Positions 1-13,373 of a stretch of DNA of 64,000 nt are shown in pieces. A model generated the notes under the pieces. The model worked only from the letters and a program-made list of their open reading frames with translations. It was not told the origin of the DNA and searched no databases. The stretch covers positions 95,668,001 through 95,732,000 of the forward strand of contig CM052816.1 of NCBI GenBank assembly GCA_028534125.1. The letters are read 5' to 3'. This DNA is from Lama glama. Taxonomy: Eukaryota. The position numbers were made by a program, and so were the translations under genes. How positions within the stretch are numbered: the first letter of the stretch is position 1; each line of letters opens with the position of its first letter.

Positions 1-39
1 CTCCCAAATTCCTCTTAGCTCCCTTCCACTCACTCTGTA

Positions 40-512
40 CATGGCAGAAGAATTCTGTTTTTAAATCATAAACGATCATGTTGTCCTGCCGTCTCCCATT
101 CTCTGGGTGCCATGCAACCCTTCATTCAGTTACTTTAACCAAGGCTTCCCACCTTGGAGCTTGCATGCACATTTCCTCTGCTTGGATCCTCCTCCTCCCG
201 CTTCCACCTCCCCAGTCTTTACCTCCCTGCCACCTAGTGATGCTTGAGCTCTCACAGTGATGGTAGATGCCCAGGCCTGTCTGGGTTGGGTCTCCCTACC
301 ATCTGCTCACACAGCACCCAGTAACTCACACACTGTTGCACCACTGTGATGAAATAAAGAACTTTTAGTTGGCTTCTTTCATATGCTAGCCTGTAAGCTT
401 CCCTGGGGGCAGACACTTTGTCCATTATGATATCTCTATATCAGAGCTTCACTGGGAGCCCACCGTATTGCAGGGACTTATTACATGTTTGTTGAATAGA
501 AAAATAAATGAG
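40..512 (+). mobile_element. LINE-2 (L2) 3' remnant
   Basis: Pyrimidine-rich degraded body ending in an L2-like 3' end (ctgtaagcttcc..gggggcagac...atgtttgttgaatagaaaaataaatga). Boundaries approximate. Confidence 0.7.
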
Positions 513-758
513 AACCTGAGATGTGTGGTCACTGTGCCTGGGGGAGTGCTTATATGTGCTTGAAAGATCAGGAACCAAGAATATATGTGTAGTTTATGGC
601 AGCATAATGGGAGTAAATATTAGCCCAACATGTTCCATCTCTTCCATTATCCATCCTCCCGTCTAGTACAGTCATTCCCTAAGGAAGTGGGTGTTAAGAG
701 CAGAGAGTGGAGAAAGGCCGGTGGGTCTCTTTCTGGCTTGTGGGTTATGAAAACTGAG

Positions 759-1433
759 TGTGAAAACCAGATAAAGAATGTATCTGGTCCTTGTTCCCAG
801 CTTCTAGCACAGAACTTCAAAACCCTAGGCATTCTCTGAGTGATGGGAGTGTCTTTTATTAATGAACGCTTTCAAACACACCTGAATTTATGCTAATGAG
901 GTGACTCAAGATATGGGCCCTTAGATATGAGAGAGGGGCTAGTCACATGGCCAATGACATAATAAGACCCCTATAAAAGTCTAGACACCCAAAGTTGGAA
1001 AAGCATCCTATTTGATCACCAGGTTGATATGCCAGGAAGGTGATGTGTCTGGACTCCACAGAGACAGGGTGTGGGAGCTCTGCGTGTGGGACCCTCCCAG
1101 ACCTGGCCTTGTGCGTCTCTGACATCTGGCTTTTCCTGAGTTATGTCCTTTGTAATAAAAGTTTGATAGTAAGTGCAGCGGTCTCGTGAGTATATGACTT
1201 GTTCTAGTGAATTATTAAAACCAAGGGGGTCACGAGGGACTTCTGAACTTAAAGCCATTGGGCAGGAGTGGAGGTGGCCTTCAAGATTTGTGGCTGGGAT
1301 ATGAAGTTGGGATGGTCTTGTGGAGGACTTTGTCCTTAACCTGTGGGCTCCACGCCAACTCTGAGGAGTTAGTGTCAGAACTGAGTGGAATCGCAGGACA
1401 CCCAGTGGATATCAGAGAACTGGTGTCAGGACA
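759..1433 (+). mobile_element. Solo LTR, MER77/MER21-group
   Basis: TG...CA termini, 5-bp TSD ctgag (754-758) / atgag (1434-1438), family-typical motifs tttatgctaatgaggtgactc and ttagtgtcagaactgag..gcaggacacccag, internal TATAAAA (~973) and AATAAA (~1155). Confidence 0.85.
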
Positions 1434-3139
1434 ATGAGGGAGGAGGCTCTGGGCACTGACCCCAGCAGAGTGCCCATCCTTTCAGACCAGGACAACTGCC
1501 TTGGGGAAGCAATTGGGCACAGATGTTGGTGGACCCCTGAAAAGGGGGCCCCAGGGCCCTACCTTCCCACAAGTGCCACTGAAGGCAGAACTTCTGACGG
1601 TTTTGTGGTATGAGAGCAGAGAAGCCCTGTGCCCCCAGAAAGCAAGGTCCCAGAGGGGAATCAACTGTCCTTGGGACCCTGCTGAAATTCCGTGGGTTTT
1701 AGCTTAGGCGGCAGCAGCTGACTGCGCTTGAGCCGCACAGGGGCGCAGAGGCAGCAGGAAAAGAGGCGGCGAGTCAGCGAGGGGGCTGGTCAGGTCAGGA
1801 GGGGCGGGTGAGCTGCAGGGAATGAACATGTTAACAGGTGCTGGGTGCCATTCCTCTGACCGCATCAGGCAAACGATCTCAGTTGGGGCCTATTCTGCCT
1901 TTCACATCCCTTTCTGCAACTTAGTGTCCACCTGCTGCCGGAGGGGCACTGTGTCACGTGCATAGAACCGAGTGGTACTGGAGGGTAGGCCCGGGACATG
2001 CAACGAGCAAAGGGCTAAGTGGTACCAGGGCCACCGGGGTAGAAACAATAGAACTCCTGATGAGATGTCAGGACAGACCGCAGAAACCATTCAAAACACC
2101 ATCCTTAAAATCTGCACACATTAAACAATTTGTGTTTGCAACCCCGGCGTTTTTAGAAACTGTGTTATAGTTAGATTTCTTTGGCCTTCCCTTGGTTAAC
2201 GAACGGGATTGCATTTGGGATAAATCAACATTTATTTTCTACTGCCTTGCAATTATGGAAAATTGATGGGATGGCACATTGAAGAGTAAGAGTTTTTTAG
2301 GCACATGTGACTGTATGAAGCTCACTATGAAAGAAGAGCAGAGGAGGCTGGAAGGCGTTAACTTCTAAAGGGGCAAATCAGGGCCGCAGAGAGAGGAAAA
2401 CATGAAATAGTGTGAGAAGGTGTGAGGGGCCATGCGGTTTAATACAAATAGCACAGGGCTGAAAGTCAGGTGACTGGGGTGATGGGAAACAAGGGGCTGA
2501 TTTATAGGATCGTTGGAGCTCCCTTCTGTTCCATAATTCACACTCTGCTACTAGTCTGACATTTGCCTGATGAGACAATAATTCTGGGCTTCTGTTTTTT
2601 TCATGTGAAAGGCCCCTATTTTCACTAAAAACATTCTAGACCCAGTGGGACCACTGGCTCTAACAGCCACGAGGACAGAGCGGAGCAGTGGTCTCGGGCT
2701 GAGCTCCCCAGAGCCACACAACGTTTTTCCGGTGGATCTGGGGCGGCCACAGGGGAGCTGGCTGGGTGCTGAGATCTGTTCCCTGTGTCAATCCAAATAG
2801 TGCCACACTTAGCAGTTTTACAGGTTGGACTTCTACCGACATTTCACTTTGTAGAAATTGTCTTCCATATCAACATTTTGAAAACTTTGCCGCAGAGTAT
2901 TTTGGAGAGGTAAGTTACCTACCCAGTGATGGCAGGTCCTCTCTTTTCCAGAACAGCCTCACTTTCCTGTCTTCTGCTCCGTCCCCCAGCTGTGTGAGAG
3001 ATGCAGGGTCCAGGAAGTGTCTAACAATGGTACCGCTCTCTCACCTGGTTCAAAGGTGTTTACAGCCTCCATCTCTCAGGCTGTATTCAAGTCACAGACT
3101 AGTTACCAACAGTGAGAAAATTAGTACAGCCTTAATTGA

Positions 3140-3295
3140 ATGGATTTCACAGCATCTCTGGAGAGAAGGCATAATTAATCCTGATCTTAGAGATGAAAAG
3201 CTGGAAATGCAAAGTATTTAAAGGATGCCCTGCACGACACCGGATGGGTCGTTAGACAGCCAGGGCTGGAACCCGAGCATGTGACATCCAAGCCG
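3140..3295 (-). mobile_element. MIR SINE remnant
   Basis: Degenerate MIR core (cagatgaggaaactgagg-like ttagagatgaaaagctgga) and a gggctggaacccgag..tgacatccaagcc end. Confidence 0.6.
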
Positions 3296-3647
3296 TCTTT
3301 CCTCATGCCTTTTTCTTGCAGCTAGCTTTTTCATTTCAGTTTGCTGCCTCTGATGGGGAAGGCAGTAGCCACGTATTGCTAATTCTGGTCACCGACACAA
3401 CTTGTGCTTGACTACTTTGTAGTGACGATAGGATTTCAGCATTGAAACTCCTGCCCAGAAGCAAGGAAATCAAAGGCAGACAGGGTCTGTGCTTCTTGCT
3501 TGGACCCTTTGGTTGATCTTGTCCCTGCGGGTACGTGTGCTGACCATGCAGCTCGAATGACCAGGGCCGCGAGCAGCCTTGTGATGGCCATTATACCAGA
3601 GAACGGGGGCATGGAAGGGGAGGGGCTCTCTCTGGCTTTAAACCAGG

Positions 3648-4016
3648 GGTCTTTTTTCTCTTTGGCTGTTGTAGCAAATTATCATGAATTTAAAACAACA
3701 ATTCTGGCACAGTTCTGGAGTTTCCAGAAATCTGCAAGGTGTCTTACGGGGCTAAAATCCAGATGTTGACAGGGAGGCTTCAAGGTGAGAATGTATTCCT
3801 TGGCTCTCCAGCTTCTAAGGTTGCTCGTTCCTTCGCTGTGTCGTTGTTTTCCAGTCTGCTTGCAAACGTGGGTGCGCCTAGGTAATCCAGGTTAGTCGTC
3901 CCATCTCAAGACCCTTTGTCACATCTGAGGTGCTCTTTTGACATATAAGGTAACATGTTCACACGATCTGGGGATGGGTATGAAGACATCTTGGGGGCCA
4001 CTATTTAACTAGCACA
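3648..4016 (-). mobile_element. MaLR solo LTR, MLT1 (D/E-like)
   Basis: Motifs cacagttctggag, ggggctaaaatc, catataaggtaaca and gacatcttgggggccactatt..cacac. Perfect 5-bp TSD ccagg at 3643-3647 and 4017-4021. Confidence 0.85.
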
Positions 4017-5701
4017 CCAGGCAGTTCTCAGACTGGGGTGGGGTTCAGAGTGAATGCAGCCCCCAGACGTGACCAAGGCTGGAAGTGGCCCCGTCTCCTC
4101 TGGAGGGTGAAGGAGGTGGGCAGGTTTTCTGATGTCTTCTGTTCACAGTTGGATGTAGGATGACACTCTGATCCTCTGATAATCAGTGGAATTCTCAAAG
4201 TGTCTGATTCTGGAAACCTCTCATGCACGGGAGCATGGAGACAAGGATGAAAAAGCCCTAGGCTGATGAAAGTCCTCAGGAATCAATTCTGTCTGGAAAA
4301 AGCCAGAAAGATCTAGAAGTGCTAGGTGCCCTCTGCCGTGTGCCCTGACCGCTGGAGACCACAGGATGTCCCTGACCCTCTACACTTGCAGGCAAGTCCC
4401 TTAGCCTCAGTTTCCTCACCGGTGACAGAGGTGTAATTCAAAAACACCCCACACATGCAAAGGCTTTATTTTAACAATTTCATTTTACTTTTATTGTTCA
4501 TTCTTTTAAAAAAGTCTATTTATTGTTTACTTCAAACAATAGTCACAATTCACGTTCAGGATAGAACCTTTGAATAATTCAGAAATCCATAAATTAATCA
4601 GAATCCAGGCATCTACTATTCAAAGGCAGGGCTCCCCCTTGTCCCAGCCAAATACGCAGATAACCCACAACAGGGACCAGCTATTCTACAAGCATGTAAG
4701 AAATTTTTTTTTTGCAGCAGTTATGCAGCTGTTATTATGGGGAAACATCTTGATTTATTAACCAGTGTAATACACATACAAGTTTTGGTGTTTTTCACAC
4801 CCACTTTTCCTCAGTCTCAGGTTTCCATGGACTGGGGACTTCCGCATTCTTCTCTCGAGGAAGTCGTGAACAGTGAACTGTGCAGATAGTGGAGAAATCA
4901 CATCTTCTTCCTGGGGCTTCTTAGCTGGGTTTCAGAATTTATGAAGAGATAGTAATCTTGAGATTCAAGGCTATTGATTTCAGGAATTGAGCCTTTTGAA
5001 AAAAGAAAAAGGTGTTTGAGATTCATGGACTTGTCTTTGGCTCTCAAAAGCTAAATGCGCCCCTGTGTGTTGATTTATAATGTTTATACTATAAAAAATG
5101 GGTTGGGGGAAATGGAGAAAGAGCCAGACTACCTTGTCACCCTACTGGGTAAAGATTCAGTGCTTCGTGAAGGTGCAGGCTGGAGGACTGAGAGGATGGG
5201 GGCAGAAAGTTAGGTCTGTGGTCCAGGGAGCAAGGTCCAGGTCAGAGGGTCATGAGAAGGACAGAGGGGAGTCAGCCCAGTCCAGTCCGTTCTGCCCTGA
5301 TCACTGGGCTCCAGGTATTTGCTGAACCAGCTGCAGACTCTCTTGCCAGCATCCGAGTGGGTCCCATAAGCAGGCACTGTGAGGAGCCGTGACCCTTGCC
5401 CTTTTACTGATCATCCTTTGAAGTCACCTGAGGGTGCTAAGGGGCCAGGTCAGTGTGAGCCCTGAGATCTGTTTGGCCCCAGCTGCTTTGTCCTGGGCCA
5501 AGCCTCCCTTCTCAATGACCCAGGATGCTCACGAGCATCTCTGTCCCGCAGAGGGCAGGTGTGCAGCCCAGAGGGCAGGGCCTTAGGGAGGGCAGAGCCC
5601 CTTGCATCCTCCTCAGGCAGCAGCAACACGTGGAACCAGCATCCCAGCAGCCACCTCCCCCGTCACATGGTCCTTCCCAGCAATTCCAGAGGTACACACT
5701 C

Positions 5702-5755
5702 CCAGGATGTGCCAGGATATACCAGTATGTACCAGTATGTATCAGGATATACCAG
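5702..5755. repeat. 10-bp minisatellite (ccagKatRta), about 5.4 copies
   Basis: ccaggatgtg ccaggatata ccagtatgta ccagtatgta tcaggatata ccag, read directly. Confidence 0.9.
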
Positions 5756-6527
5756 AGCCATTTGCTCACTTCCTCCTCCTCAGTGGCTGTCAGGTGCAGG
5801 CACCTATCCGAGCAGCAGGGGTGGGAGGCTGGGGTGTGGGGACTTGAAATGCAGGTGTGGGGCTTGGGAACCTACAGAGCATCTTCTGCATGTCTCGCTC
5901 CTGCTGTCCTCTTCCCATTGCCCAGGGGCTTGACAATCTCCACCATTCCCAGCATCTCTCAGATCCACACACCTGCCTACCTCACACCTCCTCTCACATC
6001 TTTTTCTATAATTTTGTTCAGTATCCTCAAAAATATTTCCTTTACACTCTCTTTCTTAATTCTCTTGGTGAGCCAGGCAAAAAGCAAAAGCAAAAACAAA
6101 AACAAAAACCCAATAAGACACGTAAACTCGTTAGACTTCTCTGCTGAGAAGGGGTAAGGGGCAGGGCTGATTGTTACCATGTGTCGGGGTGACCCAAGCC
6201 TTTCTCAAGATGACGCTGGAGATGAAATGAACAGGCATCACTGACGGCTGGGGTCTTGGGGTCCCCGAACTGTCCTGCATAATTTCCACCCCGCCTCACC
6301 CTTCACCCTCCTCGAGTCAGGCTTTCTTTGACCACAGTTCAGGAGACCTAACAACACATTCCTTGTCATCATTGCTGTTTGCTGTAACACGACCAGAGCT
6401 GTATTCTTTACTATTGTTTTTCATTGCAAAGTTTCTATATCTTAAACAATTTCTAATTAGACCCTAAGATAATGGCTTTAAGGGCTGACCCAGAAATCCA
6501 GCCTTGTTTATTGTGTTGCTCAGAGAC

Positions 6528-7173
6528 TGATGCAGGATGCGGGGTGTGAGGAGGCCCGTGTCTCAGCTCTCCGTTGAGTCCCTGGGATGTGCTCCGCCAG
6601 GTGTGGGTCCCTGGCTTCGTGCAGGAAAGAATTCAAGAGCGAGCCACAGCTGAGTAAAAGTAGATTTATTTAGAGAGATACATACTGCCTGGAGTGTAGG
6701 CTGTTTCAGAAGGCAAGAGAAAGGCCACGAGCTGTGGGGGTTGGATGCTCGGGTTAAAGTAAAAGTAGGTACACACTCCACAGACTGCAGGCCATCTCTG
6801 AAGATGAGGGAGTGAGATGCGGACACCAGGTGCCATGTTGCGTTTTTATGGCCTTAGTAGCTTCATATGCTAACAAGTGGGAGGACCATTTTAACCACCT
6901 GGGGAAGGGGCTGGGATTACCAGGAAGTTGGCCATTGCCCACTCTGACCTTTTATGGCTAGTCTTGGAGCTGCCATGGCGCCTGTGGGCGTGTTATTCAC
7001 CATGCTAATATATTATAATGAGCATATAATGAGGCTCGAGGTCTACTAGAAGTCAAATCTCCTGCCGTCTTGAGTCTCAAAGCCTACTGGGAGTTGAATC
7101 GTCCACCATTTTGATGTTAATTGCTGCGTCATTCCTTGAATGGCTGTGCCCTGCCCTCTTCCTTCCTGTCTCA
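6528..7173 (-). mobile_element. ERV1-class solo LTR (MER4/MER39-like group)
   Basis: TG..CA termini, 4-bp TSD agac/agat, motif gcaggaaagaattcaagagcgagcca typical of ERV1 LTRs, minus-strand AATAAA (+ tttatt 6665-6670) downstream of a minus-strand cataaaaa TATA-like box (~6843-6850). Confidence 0.85.
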
Positions 7174-7840
7174 AGATAATGTGTGTAGAATGTCTAAACA
7201 ATCTATCCGCAGTGGTACTGATTGAAAACTGGGTAGGTGGGTTGTGGGGGCAATTGTAAATCCATACTTTAGGAAGCAATAACCTTTTAAGAAGAATTTT
7301 CAAGAGAAAATTAATCCAGCATTTTATTTAAGGAAATTATGCTTGAGTGTGCCTGTCCCCAGATTGGGAGTAGAGATTGACATACACTGTTTAAAAATAT
7401 TTGGACATTTTGCTGCACAGCGGGACTCCGTCCTGCTGGCTGTTTACATATGACAGTGAAAGCCGGAAATCCCTTCTTTCTCTTTTGTAGTCTCAGCTCT
7501 GGTGCAGGTATGTTGTTGGGCACATAATTACTGCAACAGCTGCATCTACCCAGGGTTTGGTTGCTGTTCACTTACTTTTGGACAATTGGGTTTAGTACGA
7601 GTCGCTGAGAACGGCAAGCAAGGATGTGTAGGAGGGAGCTGATCTTAATTCTTGAGTATTAAAGGTGTCAGAATTAGACACTTTGAGCCACCTGTGCCCT
7701 CTCCACCAGCTCCAGCCTGTTAATGGTGCCTAGCACGGCCTCTAGTCTCATCCATGGGAGTCCATTACCCTTGGTGGAGAAGGCCAGAGACATTTCTATC
7801 CGTCTCTGCCCCTACTCAGAGGAAGTCACCTCTTAGTAAC

Positions 7841-8277
7841 TGTAGTGGGTTGAATGGTGGCCTCTAAAGACTTATATCTGTGTCCTAGTCCTTGGAATCG
7901 GGTGAATGCGACCTTATATGGAAAAAAGGTCTTTGCAGATGCAACCCATTGGAACACTTTGTTAAGGATCTTGAGAGGATTCATCTGAGCATCTCGGTGT
8001 GTCCTAAATCCAAAGCAAGCATCCTTCTAAGGGACACGAAGAAGAAGATGTGTGAAGATTCAGGCAGAGGTATCACTACAAGCCAAGGAACATCAAGGAA
8101 TGCCGGCAATCACCAGACACTTGAAGAAGCAGAAATAGATTCTTCCCCAGGGAGAACAGCCCTACCAACATCTTGATTTTGGACTTCTGGCCTCAAGAAC
8201 TAGAGGAAATAAATTCCTATTGTTTTAAGTCACTAAGTTTGTGGTAATTTGTTATGGCAGCCTAGAAAATGAATATG
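7841..8277 (+). mobile_element. MaLR solo LTR, MLT1C/D-like
   Basis: Starts tgtagtgggttgaatggtgg, ends gttttaagtcactaagtttgtggtaatttgttatggcagcc. Perfect TSD gtaac at 7836-7840 and 8278-8282. Confidence 0.9.
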
Positions 8278-8289
8278 GTAACTCATTCA

Positions 8290-8510
8290 AAATGGTGATG
8301 ACACAGAGGATTTTTACGGCAGTGAAACCGCTCTGTGTGATATTATAATGATGGATACATGTCCTTCTACACTTGTCAAAAATCACAGATTGTGTGCTGT
8401 CAAAGTGAACCCAAATGTCAACTATAGACTTGGGGTGATGGTGTGTCAATGGAGATTCATTGATTGTAACAAATGTGTCTCTCTGGTGGGGAACGTTGAT
8501 AATGAGGGGG

Positions 8511-8557
<47 letters not shown>

Positions 8558-8654
8558 TTGAGGGTGTTCAGGGGGTAAATGGGAACTCTCTATATTTTCT
8601 GTTCAATTTTGCTGGGAGTCTAAAACTGCTCTAAAAAATAGAGTCTATTAAAAA
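8290..8654 (+). mobile_element. L1 3' end, L1MC1-like
   Basis: ggcagtgaaaccgctctgtgtgata..., gtcaactatagacttggggtgatg, ctaaaactgctctaaaaaata..aaaaa tail. Confidence 0.85.
8512..8553. repeat. (TG)21 microsatellite inside the L1MC remnant
   Basis: Direct read. Confidence 0.95.
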
Positions 8655-9299
8655 CATGGCCAACTTGCCTCCTTTCCCGTCTCCTCTGAGAAAACGTGAC
8701 TGTCTTTGCACTGATGGATACAGTCTGACCCTACGCATTGCTTCACTGAGGTAAGAAGGCCTTTGTCCCCTGCACTGACCAGTGCTGACTGCAGGGGGGC
8801 AGCCCCTTCAGCCGGTGCAGGCGCCATGGGAGTGCCTCTCTGTGGGCTGTCAGTGGGCAGTGCTCTGGTCTGCGGCAGGGGAGCATCTCTTCCTGAAGGG
8901 AGATCTGGGTGCACCCAGGAGAGCCCGCCCCAGCGGTCCCACTCCAGTCTCAGAAATTCCCAGCCCTTGCTTTGTCTAGGCCTGCATCTGAGCTGTCAGG
9001 TGTTGTTGGAGAATTTTGGAGAACTGGGCTGATTCAATTTACTTCTAAATCACAGTCTCAAACTTCCAGTGAGTTCTCAGCACCGCCCACCAAATCCATT
9101 TTTTTTTTTCCTGGACTATTTGCTCTCCATTTCAGGGATAACAATTTCATGCCTCAATTTTTCACCTTAAATCTTCCACCCCTTCTCTTCCTACCTATCC
9201 TGTCCCCAAGCAGGTCATCAGCTAGGTGTTAGTGTGCTGTGAAAATAGGAGGAATTGGATGGAAACACCTTAATGTAACACCATCACATCTAGAAACCG

Positions 9300-10490
9300 A
9301 CCTGCACCAGGAGTCCGTCCCCTTCCTCTCTCCCCAGGCCAGTCCTTTGCTCTTGGGAGCCCACAACCCTACTGTCTTCTCAAAGACTTAACCCCTTCAG
9401 GTTCCTTCCTCCAGCATCACCAGCCTCTCTGCTGGACCATTTTTCATAGCATCCAAACAGTGTTTTTTGCATTCTTTCTAATCCTCTTAACTCTTCCTTC
9501 ACCTCCTCCTGCTCCAGAGAGCACCCTGTCCTTCTGCTCCACTCCACAGCAAAAAATCTCAATTCTCAGGTTGATCCATGCCTCCTTTCTCCATTTGTTT
9601 GCATTCTCAGACCCAGAACCATCTAATCTGGTCTTGGCCCACCTTTGTTCTGAGCTACTCTCTTCAGGGTGACCAACGGCCCCCGTCTTCCATTTCATCC
9701 AGCTTCTTGCTGTCATTTGCACAGATGATGTCCCTGCTTCTGGACAGATTCTCTCTGCTAGAACATCACCGTCTAGGTTTTCTTTCCATCCGGACTCTTC
9801 TTTCTCTTTTCCATTGTTTATTCCACCTCTTCTCTCTAACTGCTAAATATTTGAGGGCCCTGGGGCTCACTTTTTGTCCCCCTTCTCTGTCTGCTCCTGA
9901 GATAAATGATTTGTTCTCATGATTCCCACATGGAAGTCTCAAGCCTGAAACTCCCGCATCCAGCCACCCACTTGATGAATCCATCTGTTGGCTCCCAGGC
10001 ATCTCAGAATCGCCATGTCCGTGTCATCCTGCCATTTTCCTCCCCTCTTTCCACAGTCAGTACATGACCCTCCACCAAGGCCAGAGCTGTGAGCACAGTT
10101 CCCCCCTCCTCCCACTTCCTCATCCCCCACCCCACACCAGCCATCCATAAATCCCACCACTCCTGGCTCCGAGGTGCAGTTCCAACTGATTTGCTTCTCT
10201 CTACCTCCACCATCACTCCATGTTCCAACCTTCTTGACATGCCACCTGGTCCACAGTGGCAGCCTTACAATTCTTGACCCCGTTTCTATTCTGTTTTCTA
10301 TCTCAGTCATCAGTGACCCATTTTATTCCCCCTTTACTTTTAAAATAAAGACCCAGGCCTCAACATCGCTTTCAGGGTGCTCTGTGTGTCCCACCTACCT
10401 TGCTGACTTGTTCTACTCTGTCTAATGTTCCCTCAATGCCAGTTGCACTGGGCCTCTCCTGCATTAGTGGCATTGCCCAGACGTTTTTCT
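9300..10490 (+). mobile_element. LINE-2 body remnant
   Basis: Long C/T-rich degraded stretch with L2-like motifs (ttctcatgattcccacatgg, catctgttggctcccaggcatctcagaat). L2-like sequence continues near 10990-11170, with a tail ataaatattgttgaatgaatgaatgaa at ~11585-11612. Confidence 0.7.
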
Positions 10491-10495
10491 CCTTC

Positions 10496-10713
10496 CAAGG
10501 ATTTCTCAGCCTCAGCACTATTGACCTTTGGGGCTGGATAATTCCTTGTTGTGAGGGCTGTCATGCGCATTATAGAATGTTTGGCAGTGTCTCTGGCCTC
10601 TACCAAGTAGATGTCAGTAGCATCTACTCTCGCTAAGCTGTGACAACTGAAAATGTCTCCAGACATTGTCAAATATCTCTTGGTGCAAAATCACTCCTGG
10701 TTGAGAGCCACTG
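10496..10713 (-). mobile_element. MER20 (hAT-Charlie), full length
   Basis: tttctcagcctcagcactattgacctttggggctggataattccttgttgtg ... aaatgtctccagacattgtcaaat ... ggttgagagccactg matches the recalled MER20 consensus; about 218 bp. Confidence 0.92.
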
Positions 10714-11329
10714 CTCTATTTGAAATACTCCCCACCAGTCATCCCCTTACCCAGGGGCAATATTGAAAAGACTTAACAACTGGTATAGCACGGGCTTTAA
10801 CGGATCAGAATATGACCCCTTGTAGGGGAGTGTTGAGAATGCAAATGAGTTTAGGTGTCTACAGTGCTTATCCCAGGGCCTGCCACAGAGGGGATGCTGT
10901 GTAAGCATTCACTCGCCCCACCCCGCCACCCTTACTATAACTGGCTCATTATTAGCCAAGTCCAAACATTTCAGAACAGCCCCTCCGTCTCAGTTATTCT
11001 TGACGGTTGCACTTTGGTTGTTTCTGTAGAACACTCACAAATTGAAATTAATTTGTAATTGTATCCATCTTTGTTTATATCTACCCATTTCTAACTGCCG
11101 TTATAAATGCCACCAAGGCAGTGTATCAGGGTAGTCTCACTTCTGTGATGAATACCTTCTGCACCTCAGTGATTTCACGTGGTAGAAGATTACCTATTTT
11201 CTTTCCTCAAATGGCGATTCCATGTGAAGGTGTGATGCATAAGCATTCCATTCCCCATTTTTTGTCTTCTCCTTCCTCTGCTGGGACTGTTCTGCTGGAT
11301 CCTTTGCCTCCAGCTGGCAGACAGGGGAA

Positions 11330-11500
11330 GGAGGGAGATGGAGACTTTCATATGGAAGGCTTTCAATGGACCTGGGCTGGGAACACCCAACACCACTCCT
11401 GCCCACATCCCATTGGCTAGTGCTCAGTCATATGGCCACATAGCTGCAAGGCAGGCTGGGAAATGTAGTCTGGTTGTGCCCAGCGGAGCCAGGATAGGGC
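11330..11500 (-). mobile_element. MLT1J/K-like LTR fragment
   Basis: ctgcccacatcccattggctagtgctcagtcatatggccaca..ctgcaaggcaggctgggaaatgtagtc. Confidence 0.75.
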
Positions 11501-12209
11501 ATGGTGAGCATCTGGTCGGTCTCCTTCCAGGCAGGCATTGCTTGCATCTGTGGGTCTAGAGTGTTGTCATTGGGTTGATAATGAATAAATATTGTTGAAT
11601 GAATGAATGAATATATTTTAACTACCTGAATCTTTCCTGAGCATCCAAATTAGAAGAGATATCTTTTTTCTTTGAGTGTCATTTGCACTTATAAACATCA
11701 TTATGTGCTAAAAAGCTCATGGATGGATAACTTGTAATAGGAGAGTATTAGTCTTGGCTCTGCCAGTGAGAACAAGCTAAGCCTTGATAAAGCCACTCCC
11801 CCTCCAGGGCCTCACTTCTTAGTCCACCCAGGGTGGCTCCTGGAGGGCAGGTTGCTGTGGGGCTTCATTTCAGATGCGATCAACAGCACAGCTCTGTTTA
11901 CAGAAGAGACCTGGGATAAACGTTTCTAGATTGATTATCTGACCACATAGTCCCCTCTGACTGACACATTCCTCCAGGTCTGGTCTGCTCAGAGGCAGAC
12001 ACATTAAAAAGAAGGACTCCCAGCCAGGAGGATAGGAATCACCTGATGGTTAAAACACACGTTGTCTCTCCCACGCCCTCTAAGGGCTGGAATCCAGGTG
12101 TGCAGTTACCATGTCGGACTTCCTTCAGCCCTTAAGGATTGTTCAACCAGTGGGATAACAGGAAGCTTCTTGACAAGCCTTTTGTCATAAGATGGAGATG
12201 ATTTGTGCA

Positions 12210-12339
12210 GAGGGTTGCCAAATTTAGGGAAAAAAATGCAGGATATGCATTGCATGGGACATACTTAAAGCAAAGAATTATTTGTTGTTCATCTGAAATT
12301 CTAATTTAACTGGATGCCCTAGATTTCACCTAGTAGCCT
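12210..12339. mobile_element. MER53 (hAT) remnant
   Basis: agggttgccaaatttag..aaaaatgcaggat ... gcatgggacatactta ... ttcatctgaaattctaatttaactggatgccc. Confidence 0.8.
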
Positions 12340-13373
12340 TATTCATGTGGACTCACAGCCTCAAGCATGGGCTTTGCTGAGACTGTCTGCCTCCATTTTT
12401 GATGAGTCTGAACAGTGGCAGAATTGAATGAGACCTTCCAAGATGTGTGAACTGTCCGAGTGGGTGCTGCCTCTTTCCTTATCAGGTGTAAGGTTGTTAC
12501 CTGGTGATGGACTTGAATGTTCACACATTAACTCCATATTGCCACTTTGGCAGCTTCCTGAGCAGGTCACCCTGTCTTCTGTATGCTCTGATGAGCAGGT
12601 CATTTACTTTTCAGCCTTGAGTAGAAGGGACTGTCTTGCCTCCCATTCATCTTGCTTCCCACCTGACCAGAATTACTCAGCCAAGCCTCTAAATGATTGT
12701 ATTTGCTTCTCCTTTACTAAAATTGGGGTCGCCCTTAACATCTGTGAGCCATGTTCAGATTTAATTAAGATACACTTGGTTTGGTCCACAACCACTTATA
12801 AATTTTAATTAAACTGGATATATATTAAACTGAATTATTTTACAAGAACCAGTGCATTTGATAAGAAATGTAATTATCTGTCTTTGAAATGCTACAGTTT
12901 TATATTTTGAAATCCTGACTTTAAAAGGGAAGTCATTTTAGGTCAACTTTAGCCTTGAATAAGCATTGACAAATGAGGTCATTTCTGGCTTTGATTTTAA
13001 TTCATTATTGGAAAATATTCCTTCATTCATTCATTTGACATTGGAAGTTTATTTAGTACCAGAAACTATGCAAGTCATCATACTGGAAACTCACATTTGC
13101 AGATTCATAATTGTCTTCCTTTGACCTTGCTTTTTGTCTTCCTAGCCTTCATGAGTTGAGTTAGTTATCCACATACATATGAGTGGATTATCTTTTTATT
13201 ATTCACTTACATGTTCAACTCTATTAGTACCTAAGAAAATTTGGGTAAAGGATGTCCAAACTCTGTCTTACTCAGAGGAGAAAAGATATCCTCTTTCTTT
13301 TTCTTCTCTTTTTTTTTTAAGTGAAGACCAGGTCTACTTAGGAAGATGAAATAAAGCTGTGAAGAAAGGTAAG

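Noticed and set aside
5525..6157. 210-aa ORF with a Q/P-rich stretch and hydrophobic tail
   Set aside because: It runs through a 10-bp minisatellite, a T-rich tract and a (CAAAAA)n repeat, has overlapping ORFs in all frames, and resembles no protein I know.
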